The translations under genes and the position numbers were made by a program. The notes below the pieces were generated by a model, which had not been told where the DNA came from, searched no databases, and was given only the letters and a program-made list of their open reading frames with translations. From contig CBDBIS010000005.1 of assembly GCA_965206075.1 (NCBI GenBank), forward strand, positions 1,997,282-2,061,281: DNA of 64,000 nucleotides, in the 5' to 3' direction. Positions 62,656 to 64,000 of this stretch are shown here, in pieces. The first letter of the stretch is position 1, and the number at the start of each line of letters is the position of its first letter. Source of the DNA: Alphaproteobacteria bacterium (GTDB taxonomy: Bacteria > Pseudomonadota > Alphaproteobacteria > Bin95).

Positions 62656-62967
62656 GCCTCTCTCTTCCTCCCGCCCGTCCAGCGCCGAACGCGCCGATGC
62701 GCGAACACTCGCGGACCGGCGGGCCTCCTCGGAGGCAGGGCGTGCAATGCTATGGCGAAACGCGGCGCAACCTAGTCGCCTGCCGCCGGCCCGTCAACGC
62801 CCGGTTTCACGCTGTCGCTTTACCCTGCGGACAGGCAGGCCGCCGCGCTTTGGGCCTCGCATTTTCGTCGCATTGGTGCTATATTGTGCATACTGTGCAT
62901 ACCGTGTCGGCGCCCATCGGGAGGAGGACGGGCGTCGCGGGGCGTTGACGATGGAGCTTCGAAGGTC

Positions 62968-63783
62968 ATGTCAGGCCATTGGTCTCCGGAAGAGTTGCCC
63001 TGGGCGGCATTCGACCCCGAGCGGGTCGATCCGAGCCTCGTTCCGCTCGTCAAGGCGGCGAGCATGGTCGAGTCGAACGGCCGCGACTATGCCGCCTATC
63101 TGAACCGCGTGTTCGCGGACGACCCCGCAGTCTGCGAGATGATGAACGGCTGGGCGCATGAGGAGGTCCAGCACGGCGTGGTGCTCGGCCGCTGGGCGAA
63201 GCTGGCCGACCCCTCCTTCGACTACGAGGCCGCGTTCGCCCGCTTCCGCGCCGGCTACTCGATCCAGATCGACGCCGACGCCTCGATCCGGGGCTCGCGC
63301 ACCGGCGAGATGATCGCGCGCTGCATGGTCGAGGTCGGCACCTCCTCCTTCTATTCGGCGCTTGCGGACCGGACGGACGAGCCGCTGCTCAAGGCGATCT
63401 CCAGGCGCATCGCGGCGGACGAGCTGCGCCACTATGCGCTCTTCTACCGGACGATGAAGCGCTACCTGGCCAACGAGCGCCTGAACCGCCTCGAACGCAT
63501 CCGCATCGCCTTCCTGCGCGTCATGGAGACGGAGGACGACGAGCTCGCCTACGCCTGGTTCGCGGCCAATGAGGAGAGCGGGCAGCGCTACGACCGCCGG
63601 CAGTTCAACCGCGCCTATATGCGGGAGCACTTAGCGCTTTACCGGCCGCACCATGCCCGGCGCGGCATGACGATGATCTTCAAGGCCGTCGGGCTGAAGC
63701 CGACCGGACGCCTCTCGCGGGCGATGAGCGCGCTGGCGATAACTCTGATAAGCTTCCGCGCGCGGCGGCTGGCCCGCGCCTGA
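62968..63783 (+). CDS. ferritin-like (di-iron, four-helix-bundle) domain protein
   Basis: Paired E..H motifs (EMMNGWAHEEVQHG ... ADELRHYALFY) typical of ferritin-like/acyl-ACP-desaturase-like di-iron sites. RBS GAAGG. Confidence 0.6.
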   Translation: MSGHWSPEELPWAAFDPERVDPSLVPLVKAASMVESNGRDYAAYLNRVFADDPAVCEMMNGWAHEEVQHGVVLGRWAKLADPSFDYEAAFARFRAGYSIQIDADASIRGSRTGEMIARCMVEVGTSSFYSALADRTDEPLLKAISRRIAADELRHYALFYRTMKRYLANERLNRLERIRIAFLRVMETEDDELAYAWFAANEESGQRYDRRQFNRAYMREHLALYRPHHARRGMTMIFKAVGLKPTGRLSRAMSALAITLISFRARRLARA

Positions 63784-63820
63784 CCGCCTGCCCGTTCCCG
63801 TTTCCGGAAGGACCGCGCCC

Positions 63821-64000
63821 ATGTCCGATCTGCCGAAGTCCGTCTCGATCTCCGAGGAAGGCCCGCGCGAAGGGTTCCAGATCGAGCCGGGCCCGATCCC
63901 GACGGCGCGCAAGATCGAGCTGATCGACGCGCTCTCGGAGACGGGCCTCAGGCGCATCCAGGTCGCCTCTTTCGTCAGCCCGAAGCATGTGCCCGGCTGG
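63821..64000 (+). CDS. hydroxymethylglutaryl-CoA lyase-like (HMGL/DRE-TIM) protein, 5' portion
   Basis: MSDLPKSVSISEEGPREGFQIEPGPIPTARKIELIDALSETGLRRIQVASFVSPKHVPGW: the conserved N-terminal EVGPRDGLQ-type motif of HMG-CoA lyase family enzymes. Confidence 0.75.
   Translation, partial: MSDLPKSVSISEEGPREGFQIEPGPIPTARKIELIDALSETGLRRIQVASFVSPKHVPGW

Overview
This is a high-GC (~65%) alphaproteobacterial chromosomal segment, probably Rhizobiales/Hyphomicrobiales. I found no transposase, integrase, CRISPR array or recognisable defence-system genes.

Most of the window is conserved housekeeping genes: dnaG(3' part)-rpoD, acs, dcd, pyk, glnS, rpmG, leuCD, the rplS-trmD-rimM-rpsP-ffh ribosome/SRP block, and a tRNA-Pro. 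These are interspersed with metabolic and transport genes: acyl-CoA dehydrogenase, an oligopeptide-type ABC importer, an RND efflux pair, two MFS transporters, pobA, cutA, a TauE/SafE exporter, an amidase, several SDRs, a TauD dioxygenase, and class III aminotransferases.

The accessory-looking parts are:
- A ~1450-aa autotransporter-like surface protein with three internal ~280-aa tandem repeats and a Calx-beta domain, preceded by an AT-rich island.
- A tightly coupled three-gene cluster for secreted proteins (cytochrome c plus two unknowns).
- A 1.6-kb repeat-dense region upstream of an hsp20 gene. It has a textbook sigma-32 promoter and two tandem, partly identical, decayed copies of a promoter+leader+mini-ORF module. 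The intact paralogue of that module drives an unknown acidic protein gene at 52150..52779.
- An orphan Uma2-type endonuclease gene.
- A ~150-bp MITE-like intergenic repeat family (at least 4 copies) with inverted-repeat ends.
- A frameshifted tandem SDR paralogue.

Many long antisense ORFs in the six-frame track are high-GC artefacts.
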